This document shows positions 1 through 8,289 of a stretch of DNA of 37,464 nt, piece after piece. Position 1 is the stretch's first letter; each line of letters opens with the position of its first letter. Location of the stretch: assembly GCA_046726415.1 (NCBI GenBank), contig JBKPAK010000320.1:1-37464 (forward strand), given 5' to 3'. A model generated the notes under the pieces. It made no database searches and was not told where the DNA came from. It saw only the letters and a program-made list of their open reading frames with translations. Source of the stretch: Candidatus Methylomirabilota bacterium. GTDB lineage: Bacteria > Methylomirabilota > Methylomirabilia > Rokubacteriales > CSP1-6. The translations under genes were made by a program, and so were the position numbers.

Positions 1-32
1 AAGCGGATTTGCGCTATACAGTCTGTAGCCAT
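1..32 (-). CDS. Transposase N-terminus (partial; MATDCIAQIR...), probable IS1380 family
   Basis: ATG at 32-30 with SD GGAGG at 41-37; only 10 codons fall inside the window. Confidence 0.55.
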   Translation of the reverse strand, partial: MATDCIAQIR

Positions 33-136
33 CGAGCCTCCGTCTTGTCGTGTGCGAACGTGCTTCGACACCACTGTTCTCGCACACTTGATGGACTCGA
101 TGGCTCTTCTCTTTCATCCTTCGCGAATTTTCCGGG
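1..136 (-). mobile_element. Left end of a probable IS1380-family insertion sequence (continues beyond window start)
   Basis: Minus strand reads CTAG|CCCGGAAAATTC..., a CC-starting terminus flanked by CTAG at 137-140. It is followed by GGAGG and ATG GCT ACA GAC TGT ATA GCG CAA ATC CGC (MATDCIAQIR), which resembles IS1380 transposase N-termini as recalled. The segment is lower in GC than its flank. The right end is not visible. Confidence 0.6.
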
Positions 137-392
137 CTAGCTCTCTTACTGCGCCGTAGCCGGCCCATCGAGGGTGCGGGAGGGCATAGGGCGATCGTCG
201 GGGGATGGTCGCCAGCGCGTCGATTGCACGATAGACCACAGAGAGACACCGCGCGGCATGGCGCTCCGCCCGCCCGGCCGTCTGCTCGCTGTCCCGAAAC
301 CTCTAGAGCGTTCGCACTGAGGACCCGCGTTTGGGTCGATGGATCGAGCGCCGCTTCGTCGCGAGCGGCCACGGCATCGTCGTAGGCGCCTC

Positions 393-1823
393 TCAGCAGG
401 CCGGACCTTGGAGGACGGCGGGCTCGATCTTGCGCGTGAGCGGGCGACCCGCGCTCGGGCTCCCCAGGAGCTTGCCGCGGTCCACGATCAGCGCTCCCCG
501 AAGCATGGTCATCACCGGCCAGCCACTGACCTCCCACCCCTCCCACGGGCTGTAGTCGCTGACGTGGAAGTCGTTGCGGCCGAGCGTCTTGCGGACGGCC
601 GGATCGATGAAGGCCAGATCGGCGTCACTCCCCGCCGCGATGACACCCTTGCGCGGATAGCACCCGAAGATCTTCGCGGCATTGGTGGACGTGATGTCGG
701 CAAAGCGCGCGAGAGACATCCCGCGCCGCACCACCCCCTCGCTGTAGGCGATGCCCATGCGCGCCTCGGCGCCCACATTGCCCCCCGTGACATCCTCGAT
801 GGTGCGGCCCCGCAGCTTGAGCTCGAGGGTCGTGGGATATTCGTCGGTGGCCAGGCATGAGAGGCCGTCCCGCACGAGACCGTGCCACAGGGCCGCCTGG
901 TCTTCGGGGAACTTGAGGGACGGGTAGGTGTGAGAGCAAAACCCCCGCGGCGTCCTGTAGTACTCGGCGTTGAAGCAGGCGTACTGATGCAGCGTTTCGC
1001 CGTACACGGGTAGCCCCGACGACCGGGCCTCGACGATGGTCTCGACGCCCTCGCGGGCGGAAGTGTGCACGAAGTACACGGCGGCGCCGGTGTGCCGGGC
1101 GAGGGCGGTCGTCCGCCGGAAGGCGAGGAGCTCCGAGATGTTGCTGTGGACGAGGTGCAGGTTCGTCCCGTCCATTCGTCCCTCAGCCCGGAATCGCTCG
1201 TAGTTGAACTGAACGACGTCCTCGTCTTCCCCATGCACCACCATGAGCCCGCCGTGGGCCGCCACCCTCTCCATGGCATACGCGATGCGCCCGAAGTCGA
1301 GCCGGTTGCCCGCCCGATTGGGGTGCGGGGGGAGCACATTGGTGGTGAAGACCTTGAAGCTGGGGTGACCCTGCCGAATGGCGTCGGGCATGTCCTCGAA
1401 GACCGCGAGATCGAGCGCCCCGCATAGCGTGATGTGGAAGGCGTAGTCCACGTACGAGTTGCCCTTCCAGCGAGCGGCGCGGCTCTCCAGCGCCTGAGGA
1501 ATCGTCGTGCCCGGGCGTACATAACAGAAATCGATGTGCGTGGTCGTGCCGCCGAACGCCATACCTCGGGTGTCGTCCTCGGGCCCCATGGTGATCGACG
1601 GTTGCTCCGGATGGCTCATGATGGGATGGGCGAGGTGAGTATGCGGGTCGATGCCGCCCGGCACCACGATCAGCCCGGAGGCCTCGATGACGCGCGCAGA
1701 CGGCGTGGACAGGGTGCCCGCCTGCGCGACCGCCGCAATCCGCTCGCCCTCGATGCCGAGGTCCCACGCCCCCACGCCCTGCGGCGTGACCACGCGCCCG
1801 CCGCGCACGATCAGATCCAGCAT
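393..1823 (-). CDS. Cyclic amidohydrolase (dihydropyrimidinase/D-hydantoinase-like)
   Basis: PGGIDPHTH (HxH), GGTTT, SFKVF (carboxylated Lys position), VHGE, VHTS, TDE, and N-AKIFG-YPRKG-I-GSDAD; 476 aa. Confidence 0.88.
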   Translation of the reverse strand: MLDLIVRGGRVVTPQGVGAWDLGIEGERIAAVAQAGTLSTPSARVIEASGLIVVPGGIDPHTHLAHPIMSHPEQPSITMGPEDDTRGMAFGGTTTHIDFCYVRPGTTIPQALESRAARWKGNSYVDYAFHITLCGALDLAVFEDMPDAIRQGHPSFKVFTTNVLPPHPNRAGNRLDFGRIAYAMERVAAHGGLMVVHGEDEDVVQFNYERFRAEGRMDGTNLHLVHSNISELLAFRRTTALARHTGAAVYFVHTSAREGVETIVEARSSGLPVYGETLHQYACFNAEYYRTPRGFCSHTYPSLKFPEDQAALWHGLVRDGLSCLATDEYPTTLELKLRGRTIEDVTGGNVGAEARMGIAYSEGVVRRGMSLARFADITSTNAAKIFGCYPRKGVIAAGSDADLAFIDPAVRKTLGRNDFHVSDYSPWEGWEVSGWPVMTMLRGALIVDRGKLLGSPSAGRPLTRKIEPAVLQGPAC

Positions 1824-1838
1824 GCGCCGAGGCTACCA
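1824..1838 (-). promoter_or_regulatory. Extended -10 element (TGG-TAGCCT) 6 nt upstream of ATG; leaderless-type promoter
   Basis: TAGCCT at 1835-1830 preceded by TGn; no SD between it and ATG 1823. Confidence 0.45.
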
Positions 1839-1928
1839 CATGGGCGGCCCCGAGATACCCCCCCAGACGCCCATGTGTTCGGGGCACCTCGGCGGACAGA
1901 ATTTTCCTACAGGCTGCGAGCGCAGCCT
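1825..1928. repeat. Intergenic cluster of inverted repeats (REP-like structured element)
   Basis: CACATGGGCG 1837-1846 / CGCCCATGTG 1868-1877; CGCCGAGG 1825-1832 / CCTCGGCG 1887-1894; GCCCCGA 1847-1853 / TCGGGGC 1879-1885; AGGCTGCG 1911-1918 / CGCAGCCT 1921-1928. Confidence 0.6.
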
Positions 1929-2033
1929 CACGTCCGGGCGCTGGTCCGGGGCGGGCAGAGACGGTACCATGGAGGCTACGAGGAGACGGCCAGTGCCTGG
2001 CGGACGCGGGCGCTTCCCGCCGATCCTACCCCT

Positions 2034-2153
2034 GTGCGACTGACCGCTTCTCGACGAGCGAGACCGCTGTGCGACTGGCCGCTTCTCGACGAAGGAGATC
2101 GCCGTGCGACTGACCGCTTCTCGACGAAGGAGATCGCTGTGCGACTGACCGCT
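2034..2153 (+). repeat. 35-bp tandem repeat, about 3.4 copies, spanning the yejA translation-initiation region
   Basis: Units start at 2034, 2069, 2104 and 2139. Consensus is GTGCGACTGACCGCTTCTCGACGAAGGAGATCGCT, with no spacers between units. Confidence 0.95.
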
Positions 2154-3971
2154 GCCGGCGTCGCCCTGGTGCTGTTGTTCGCGACGGCGGGACCGTCCGC
2201 GCCCCAGCCCAAGGCCACCGCGTCCTACGCGGTGTCGATGTTCGGCGATCTCAAGTATGGCCCGGGGTTCAAGCACTTCGACTACGTCAATCCCGAAGCG
2301 CCCAAGGGCGGCGATGTCAGGATGGCCGCCATCGGCACGTTCGACACTCTGAACCCCTTCGTACTCAAGGGCGTCCCGGCCACGGGGATTGGATTGACCT
2401 TCGACACGCTGATGGTGGGGTCCTCCGACGAGCCCTTTTCGGAATACGGCCTTATCGCCGAGAGCATCGAGGTCCCGGCCGATCGCTCGTGGGTGGCCTT
2501 TACGCTGCGCCCCGAGGCGCGCTTCCACGACGGCAGCGCCATCACCGTCGACGACGTGATCTGGACCTTCGAGACGCTCAAGGCCAAGGGGCAGCCCTTC
2601 TTCCGCAGCTACTACGCGCAGGTGGCGAGAGCCGACAAGGTCGGCGACCGCAAGGTGAAGTTCGCCTTCGGCGCCGGGGAGAACCGGGAACTCCCCCTCA
2701 TCGTGGGTCAGCTTCCCGTGCTCTCCAAAGCCTACTGGAGCAAGCGCGACTTCGAGAAGACTACTCTGGAGGCACCGCTGGGGAGCGGCCCGTACCGCGT
2801 GGAGGCGGTGGAGCAGGGCCGCTCCATCACCTATCGACGCGTTAAGGACTACTGGGGCGCGAAGCTCCCGGTGCGCGTGGGCCAGAATAACTTCGACAGC
2901 ATGCGCTACGACTACTACCGCGACATCACCGTGGCCGTGGAGGCCTTCAAGGGCGGCGAGTACGATTTCCGCCAGGAGAACGTCGCCAAGAACTGGGCCA
3001 CCGCGTACAACATCCCGGCCGTCAGTCAGGGGCTCATCAAGAAGGAAGGCATCAAGAACGAGGTGCCCACCGGGATGCAGGCGTTCGTCTACAACACGCG
3101 GCGGCCCATCTTCCAAGACGCCCGGGTGCGGCAGGCCCTGGCCTACGCCTTCGATTTCGAGTGGATGAACAAGAATCTCTTCTACGGCAGCTACACTCGC
3201 ACCACGAGCTACTTCTCCAACTCCGAGCTGGCCTCGCGCGGGCTGCCGGGACCGGATGAGCTGAAGATCCTAGAGCCGTTCCGCGGGAAGATCCCCGACG
3301 AGGTCTTCACCAAGGGGTACGTCCCCCCGGACGGCAGCAATCACCGCGAGGCCGCCCGCGAGGCGCTGCGCCTGCTCCAGGACGCGGGTTGGGTGGTGAA
3401 GGGCCAGAAGCTCGTCAATGCGAAAACGGGCGAGCCCATGAGCTTCGAGATCCTCCTCTCCGAGGCCATCTGGGAACGGATCGCCCTGCCCTTCACCAAG
3501 AGCCTCGAGCGGCTCGGGGTCACTGCTCGAGTGCGCACGGTGGACCCCTCCCAGTACGAGAAGCGCACTGAAGACTTCGACTTCGACATGATCGTGTGGG
3601 TGTGGGGCCAGTCGCTCTCCCCGGGCAACGAGCAACGCGACGACTGGGGCTCGGCCGCGGCCACCACGCCCGGCAGTCGCAACATGGCCGGAATCAAGGA
3701 CCCGGTGATCGACAAGTTGATCGACCTGGTCATCACCGCGCCCGATCGCAAGAGCCTGGTGGCCCGCACTCAGGCCCTCGACCGAGTTCTCCTGTGGGGC
3801 TTCTACGTCATCCCCCACTGGCACATCAACATGTTCCGCGTGGTCTACTGGGACAAGTTTGGCCGCCCGCCGGTCAATCCGAAGTACGCGCTCGGTTTCG
3901 GCGCGTGGTGGGTGGATGCCCAGAAGGACGCGGCGCTCGGCAAGCATCGGGGTGAGGTGCTGAAGAAGTAA
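2139..3971 (+). CDS. yejA: Peptide ABC transporter substrate-binding protein (family 5, YejA-like)
   Basis: GTG 2139 after SD AAGGAG (2127-2132), then a signal peptide and G-LKY-GFKHFDYVNP-APKGG, GTFD-LNPF, PEARFHDG, PLGSGPY, SLSPGNEQ, ALDRVL. It is the in-frame part of ORF 1434..3971; 610 aa. Confidence 0.9.
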   Translation: MRLTAAGVALVLLFATAGPSAPQPKATASYAVSMFGDLKYGPGFKHFDYVNPEAPKGGDVRMAAIGTFDTLNPFVLKGVPATGIGLTFDTLMVGSSDEPFSEYGLIAESIEVPADRSWVAFTLRPEARFHDGSAITVDDVIWTFETLKAKGQPFFRSYYAQVARADKVGDRKVKFAFGAGENRELPLIVGQLPVLSKAYWSKRDFEKTTLEAPLGSGPYRVEAVEQGRSITYRRVKDYWGAKLPVRVGQNNFDSMRYDYYRDITVAVEAFKGGEYDFRQENVAKNWATAYNIPAVSQGLIKKEGIKNEVPTGMQAFVYNTRRPIFQDARVRQALAYAFDFEWMNKNLFYGSYTRTTSYFSNSELASRGLPGPDELKILEPFRGKIPDEVFTKGYVPPDGSNHREAAREALRLLQDAGWVVKGQKLVNAKTGEPMSFEILLSEAIWERIALPFTKSLERLGVTARVRTVDPSQYEKRTEDFDFDMIVWVWGQSLSPGNEQRDDWGSAAATTPGSRNMAGIKDPVIDKLIDLVITAPDRKSLVARTQALDRVLLWGFYVIPHWHINMFRVVYWDKFGRPPVNPKYALGFGAWWVDAQKDAALGKHRGEVLKK

Positions 3972-5087
3972 GTGCTGGCCTACATCGCGCGACGCCTCCT
4001 CCTCATGATCCCGACCTTGTTCGGGATCATGGTCATCAACTTCGCAATCGTCCAGGCCGCGCCGGGCGGCCCCGTCGAGCTGATGATCGCGCGCATCAAG
4101 GGCACCGCGGTGGAGGCGACGGCGCGACTGGGGGGCAGCGGGAGCGGGGAAACGTTGACGGGACAGCCTGCTCCGGAGGGCCCGGCGTCCACCGAGGTCA
4201 CCAGCAAGTACCGCGGCGCGCGCGGGATCGACCCCGAGCTGATCCGCGCCCTGGAGCGCCAGTTCGGCTTCGATCAGCCGGCCCACGTGCGCTTCGTCAG
4301 GATGCTGCGCAACTACCTGACCCTGGACTTCGGCGAGAGCTTCTTCCGCGATCAGCCAGTGGTGGACCTCATCGTCCAGAAGCTGCCCGTGTCGATCTCC
4401 CTGGGCCTGTGGACGACGTTGCTGGTTTACCTGATCTCCATTCCTCTCGGCGTGGCCAAGGCCGTCCGCGATGGCTCGGCCTTCGACGTATGGACGAGCG
4501 GGGTGGTCATCGTGGGGTACGCTATCCCCGGCTTCCTCTTCGCCATCCTCCTCATCGTGCTCTTCGCCGGAGGGAGTTTCGTCGCCTGGTTCCCCCTGCG
4601 CGGACTGGTCTCTGAGGGGTGGGCGGGGATGAGCTGGCTCCAGCGGATCACCGACTATTTCTGGCACCTCGCCCTTCCGGTGACGGCGCTGGTGGTGGGG
4701 GGATTCGCCGGGCTGACCATGCTGACCAAGAACTCCTTCCTGGAGGAGATCCACAAACAGTATGTCGTGACCGCGCGCTCGAAGGGGCTCACCCGGCGGC
4801 GGGTCCTCTACGGACACATCTTCCGGAATGCCATGCTCGTCGTGGTGGCCGGATTCCCGGCCGCCTTCGTGGGCATCCTCTTCACGGGGGCCCTGCTCAT
4901 CGAGGTGATCTTCTCGCTCGACGGCCTGGGCTTGCTGGGCTTCGAGGCCGCCATCAATCGCGATTACCCGATCATGTTCGGGACCCTCTATATCTACACG
5001 CTGGTGGGGCTCGTGCTGAGTCTGGTGAGCGATCTCATGTACGTGGCCATCGACCCGCGCATCGACTTCGCCACTCGAGAAGCATGA
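3972..5087 (+). CDS. yejB: Peptide ABC transporter permease YejB
   Basis: [60 protein letters not shown]. Confidence 0.92.
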   Translation: MLAYIARRLLLMIPTLFGIMVINFAIVQAAPGGPVELMIARIKGTAVEATARLGGSGSGETLTGQPAPEGPASTEVTSKYRGARGIDPELIRALERQFGFDQPAHVRFVRMLRNYLTLDFGESFFRDQPVVDLIVQKLPVSISLGLWTTLLVYLISIPLGVAKAVRDGSAFDVWTSGVVIVGYAIPGFLFAILLIVLFAGGSFVAWFPLRGLVSEGWAGMSWLQRITDYFWHLALPVTALVVGGFAGLTMLTKNSFLEEIHKQYVVTARSKGLTRRRVLYGHIFRNAMLVVVAGFPAAFVGILFTGALLIEVIFSLDGLGLLGFEAAINRDYPIMFGTLYIYTLVGLVLSLVSDLMYVAIDPRIDFATREA

Positions 5088-5118
5088 CATCACCCCGCGA
5101 GGCCTCGGCTTTGCGACC

Positions 5119-6138
5119 ATGACGCCGCTGTTCCGGCGCCGGCTGCACAACTTTCGGGCGAATCGGCGCGGTTTCTGGTCGCTCTGGATCTTCCTGGTCA
5201 TCTTCGGTATCAGCCTCGGCTCGGAGGTGATCGCCAACGACCGGCCCATCCTCATCCGCTACGATGGGCGATTCTACGTTCCGATCCTCGTGGCCTATCC
5301 GGAGACCACCTTCGGTGGCGTATTCCCCACGGAGACCGTGTACCGCGATCCCGCCGTCAGCAAACTCATCAGCGAGAGGGGGTGGGCCATCTGGCCGCCC
5401 ATCCGGTTCAGCTACGACACCATCAACTACGACCTGCCGGTGCCGGCGCCCGCCCCGCCCTCCCGGGTGAACTGGCTGGGCACCGACGATCAGGGGCGCG
5501 ATCTCCTCGCCCGCCTCCTGTATGGCTTCCGCATTTCCGTGCTCTTTGGTCTCACCCTGGCCGCGCTGAGCTCGGTGATTGGGATCCTGGCGGGGGCCGT
5601 CCAGGGCTACTTCGGCGGCTGGACCGATCTCTTCTTCCAGCGCTTCATCGAAGTGTGGTCCGGACTCCCGGTGCTCTACCTGCTCATCATCCTGGCCAGC
5701 CTGGTGGAGCCCACGTTTTGGTGGCTGCTGGGCCTGATGCTGCTCTTCAGCTGGATGTCGCTGGTCGGGGTGGTCCGCGCGGAATTCCTCCGCGCGCGCA
5801 ACTTCGACTACGTGCGGGCCGCCCGCGCCCTCGGCGTGCGGAACCGCGTCATCATGGTGCGCCACGTGCTGCCCAACGCCATGGTCGCGGCGCTGACATT
5901 CCTTCCGTTCATCCTGAACGGCTCTATCACGACCCTGACCTCTCTCGACTTCCTGGGCTTCGGTCTCCCGCCGGGTTCGCCGTCTCTCGGTGAGATTCTG
6001 GCCCAGGGCAAGGCCAATCTGCAGGCACCGTGGATCGGCATCACTGGGTTTCTCGTGCTCGCCGTGATGCTGAGCCTGCTGGTGTTCGTGGGAGAGGCGG
6101 TTCGGGACGCCTTCGACCCGCGAAAAACGGTGGCGTGA
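5119..6138 (+). CDS. yejE: Peptide ABC transporter permease YejE
   Basis: FRANRRGFWSLWIF, YPET-FGG, NWLGTDDQGRD, GFRIS-LFG, RAEFLRARNFDYVRAARALG, RDAFDPRK. Confidence 0.92.
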   Translation: MTPLFRRRLHNFRANRRGFWSLWIFLVIFGISLGSEVIANDRPILIRYDGRFYVPILVAYPETTFGGVFPTETVYRDPAVSKLISERGWAIWPPIRFSYDTINYDLPVPAPAPPSRVNWLGTDDQGRDLLARLLYGFRISVLFGLTLAALSSVIGILAGAVQGYFGGWTDLFFQRFIEVWSGLPVLYLLIILASLVEPTFWWLLGLMLLFSWMSLVGVVRAEFLRARNFDYVRAARALGVRNRVIMVRHVLPNAMVAALTFLPFILNGSITTLTSLDFLGFGLPPGSPSLGEILAQGKANLQAPWIGITGFLVLAVMLSLLVFVGEAVRDAFDPRKTVA

Positions 6139-7772
6139 CCGACGCCGCGGCACCGCTGCTGCGCGTCCGCGATCTCTCCGTGTCCTTCTCCGCCCCCGCC
6201 GGGGAGCTCGCCGCCGTGCGCAAGGTCTCCTTCGATCTGGATCGCGGGGAGACCCTCGCCCTCGTAGGTGAAAGCGGCTCCGGCAAGTCGGTGACGGCCC
6301 TGTCGATCCTTCAGCTCCTCCCCTATCCGACGGCCCGGCACCCGAGTGGCAGCATCATGTTCCGTGGCCGCGAGCTGCTCGGCGCCAAAGAACCCGTGTT
6401 GCGGGCGGTGCGTGGCAATCGGGTCGCCATGATCTTCCAGGAACCCATGACCTCGCTGAACCCGTTGCACACCCTGGAAAAGCAGGTGAGCGAGGTCTTG
6501 CTCGTGCACAAGCATCTGAGCCGGAGCGCGGCCCGCCGGCGCACCGTGGAGCTGCTGCGCCTGGTGGGCCTCGCCGAGGCGGAGCAACGGCTCGGCGCCC
6601 ACCCGCACCAGCTCTCGGGCGGGCAGCGCCAGCGCGTTATGATCGCCATGGCGTTGGCGAACGAGCCCGACCTCCTGATCGCCGACGAGCCGACCACCGC
6701 CCTCGACGTCACCATCCAGGCGCAGATCCTGGAGCTCTTGCGTCGGCTGCAGCGCTCGCTGGGCATGGCCCTCCTGCTCATCACTCACGATCTCGGCGTC
6801 GTCCGCACGATGGCCGCCCGCGTCTCGGTGATGACCGAAGGCGAGATCGTGGAGGCCGGGCCGACGGCGGAGGTTTTCGCGTGGCCCCAGCATCCGTATA
6901 CTCGCCGACTGATCGAGGCGGAGCCGAGCGGCGCGGCCAACATCATCGCTCCCAGCGCGCCGGTCATCATGGCTGCCCACAATGTGCGCGTCTGGTTCCC
7001 CATCAGGCGCGGTCTGTTCCGCCGTGCGGTGGGTCACGTGAAGGCGGTCGATGGCATCTCACTCAGCGTGCGCGAGGGTCAGACGGTCGGTGTGGTGGGC
7101 GAAAGCGGCTCGGGAAAGACCACCCTCGGCCTGGCCCTCCTGCGCCTCGTGCGCAGCCAGGGCGCCATCCAGTTCGACGGTCGCGAAATCCAAGGACTGC
7201 GCAGTGGCCCGTTGCGCCCGCTCCGGCGCGAGATGCAGATCGTCTTCCAGGACCCCTACGGGGCTCTCTCCCCGCGCATGACCATTGCCCAGATCGTCGG
7301 AGAAGGGCTGCACGTGCATCGCGTCGGTGCCGGCCCCACCGAGCGGCGGCGACTCATCGACGAGGCCCTGCGCGAGGTGGGTCTCGATCCGGCCATGCGC
7401 GACCGCTATCCGCACGAATTCTCGGGAGGCCAGCGCCAGCGCATCGCCATCGCCCGGGCCATGGTGCTCAAGCCCCGCTTCGTGGTGCTCGACGAGCCGA
7501 CCTCCGCGCTCGACATGTCGGTACAGGCGCAGATCGTGGATCTCCTGCGCGAGCTGCAACGCCGCCACACTCTGGCCTACCTGTTCATCAGCCACGACCT
7601 CAAGGTCATCCGCGCCCTCAGCGACGAGATCATCGTGATGCGCGACGGCCGGGTCGTCGAGCATGGCCCCGCCTCGCAGATCCTCGACGCCCCCCGGGAG
7701 CCGTACACGAAGGCCCTCATGGCCGCGGCCTTCGAGATGCGCGCCGTCGACGGCGGCGTCGTTCGCGAGTGA
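6135..7772 (+). CDS. yejF: Peptide ABC transporter ATP-binding protein with two ATPase domains (YejF)
   Basis: GTGA overlap with the yejE stop. Two Walker A motifs (GESGSGKS, GESGSGKT), LSGGQRQR and FSGGQRQR signatures, DEPT motifs; 545 aa. Confidence 0.9.
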   Translation: MTDAAAPLLRVRDLSVSFSAPAGELAAVRKVSFDLDRGETLALVGESGSGKSVTALSILQLLPYPTARHPSGSIMFRGRELLGAKEPVLRAVRGNRVAMIFQEPMTSLNPLHTLEKQVSEVLLVHKHLSRSAARRRTVELLRLVGLAEAEQRLGAHPHQLSGGQRQRVMIAMALANEPDLLIADEPTTALDVTIQAQILELLRRLQRSLGMALLLITHDLGVVRTMAARVSVMTEGEIVEAGPTAEVFAWPQHPYTRRLIEAEPSGAANIIAPSAPVIMAAHNVRVWFPIRRGLFRRAVGHVKAVDGISLSVREGQTVGVVGESGSGKTTLGLALLRLVRSQGAIQFDGREIQGLRSGPLRPLRREMQIVFQDPYGALSPRMTIAQIVGEGLHVHRVGAGPTERRRLIDEALREVGLDPAMRDRYPHEFSGGQRQRIAIARAMVLKPRFVVLDEPTSALDMSVQAQIVDLLRELQRRHTLAYLFISHDLKVIRALSDEIIVMRDGRVVEHGPASQILDAPREPYTKALMAAAFEMRAVDGGVVRE

Positions 7773-7773
7773 C

Positions 7774-8289
7774 TTAGCGATCGATTCTTTCCCCTCCAAT
7801 CGTCAGGAGTCGGTGGAGGGAGCGCTCCAGGCAGGTGGAGATCTCGTCGCGGCAAGCGCGGTACTTCGCCTCGCCCTGGAGAACGGGATCCTCGATGTCG
7901 CCCGCGCCCCCCGCGAACTCGCGGAGCGTGAACAGCGGGCGCCCGCCCGTCTCGGGCAGGGCCCGCACCGCCGCCTTTTGCGATGCCGTCATGGTGAGGA
8001 TGAGGTCCGCCTCGGCGATCAAATGGCGATGGCGCCGCAGATCGGTGGACGTGATGGTGTCCTCGTCGAGAGCGATGCCCACCTCGCGCAGCACGAGGCG
8101 GGCATCCAGCGAGGCGAGCATGCCGTCGCGCGCGACGTTGCCCACGCCGGCCGAGCACACCCGCACCGCGCCATCCACACCCCGCTCGCGCAGCATCCGC
8201 TCGAGCAGGGCGTGGGCCATCACGCTCCGGCAGGTGTTGGCGTGGCAGACGAAGAGGACGGTGCGCACCCCAGGCCCGGCGCTGGTCAC
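7774..8289 (-). CDS. Low-molecular-weight protein phosphatase family (LMW-PTP / YwlE-like)
   Basis: P-loop VLFVCHANTCRS, SAG, ADLILTM, DIEDP. GTG start overlaps the upstream SDR stop (GTGA 8289-8286). Confidence 0.85.
   Translation of the reverse strand: MTSAGPGVRTVLFVCHANTCRSVMAHALLERMLRERGVDGAVRVCSAGVGNVARDGMLASLDARLVLREVGIALDEDTITSTDLRRHRHLIAEADLILTMTASQKAAVRALPETGGRPLFTLREFAGGAGDIEDPVLQGEAKYRACRDEISTCLERSLHRLLTIGGERIDR

Noticed and set aside
146..259. Small minus-strand ORF MPRGVSLWSIVQ... (37 aa)
   Set aside because: It has a weak SD, no recognisable motif and atypical codon usage.
393..398. C-terminal Cys-TGA of the first amidohydrolase as a CU selenoprotein motif
   Set aside because: The domain is already complete at normal length, the downstream frame looks non-coding, and there is no convincing SECIS.
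1434..2138. 845-aa version of the SBP (ORF 1434..3971)
   Set aside because: The extension overlaps the amidohydrolase antisense and the repeat. The signal peptide and SD place the start at 2139.
2034..2153. 35-bp repeats as a CRISPR array
   Set aside because: Units are directly adjacent with no unique spacers, and there are no cas genes in the window.
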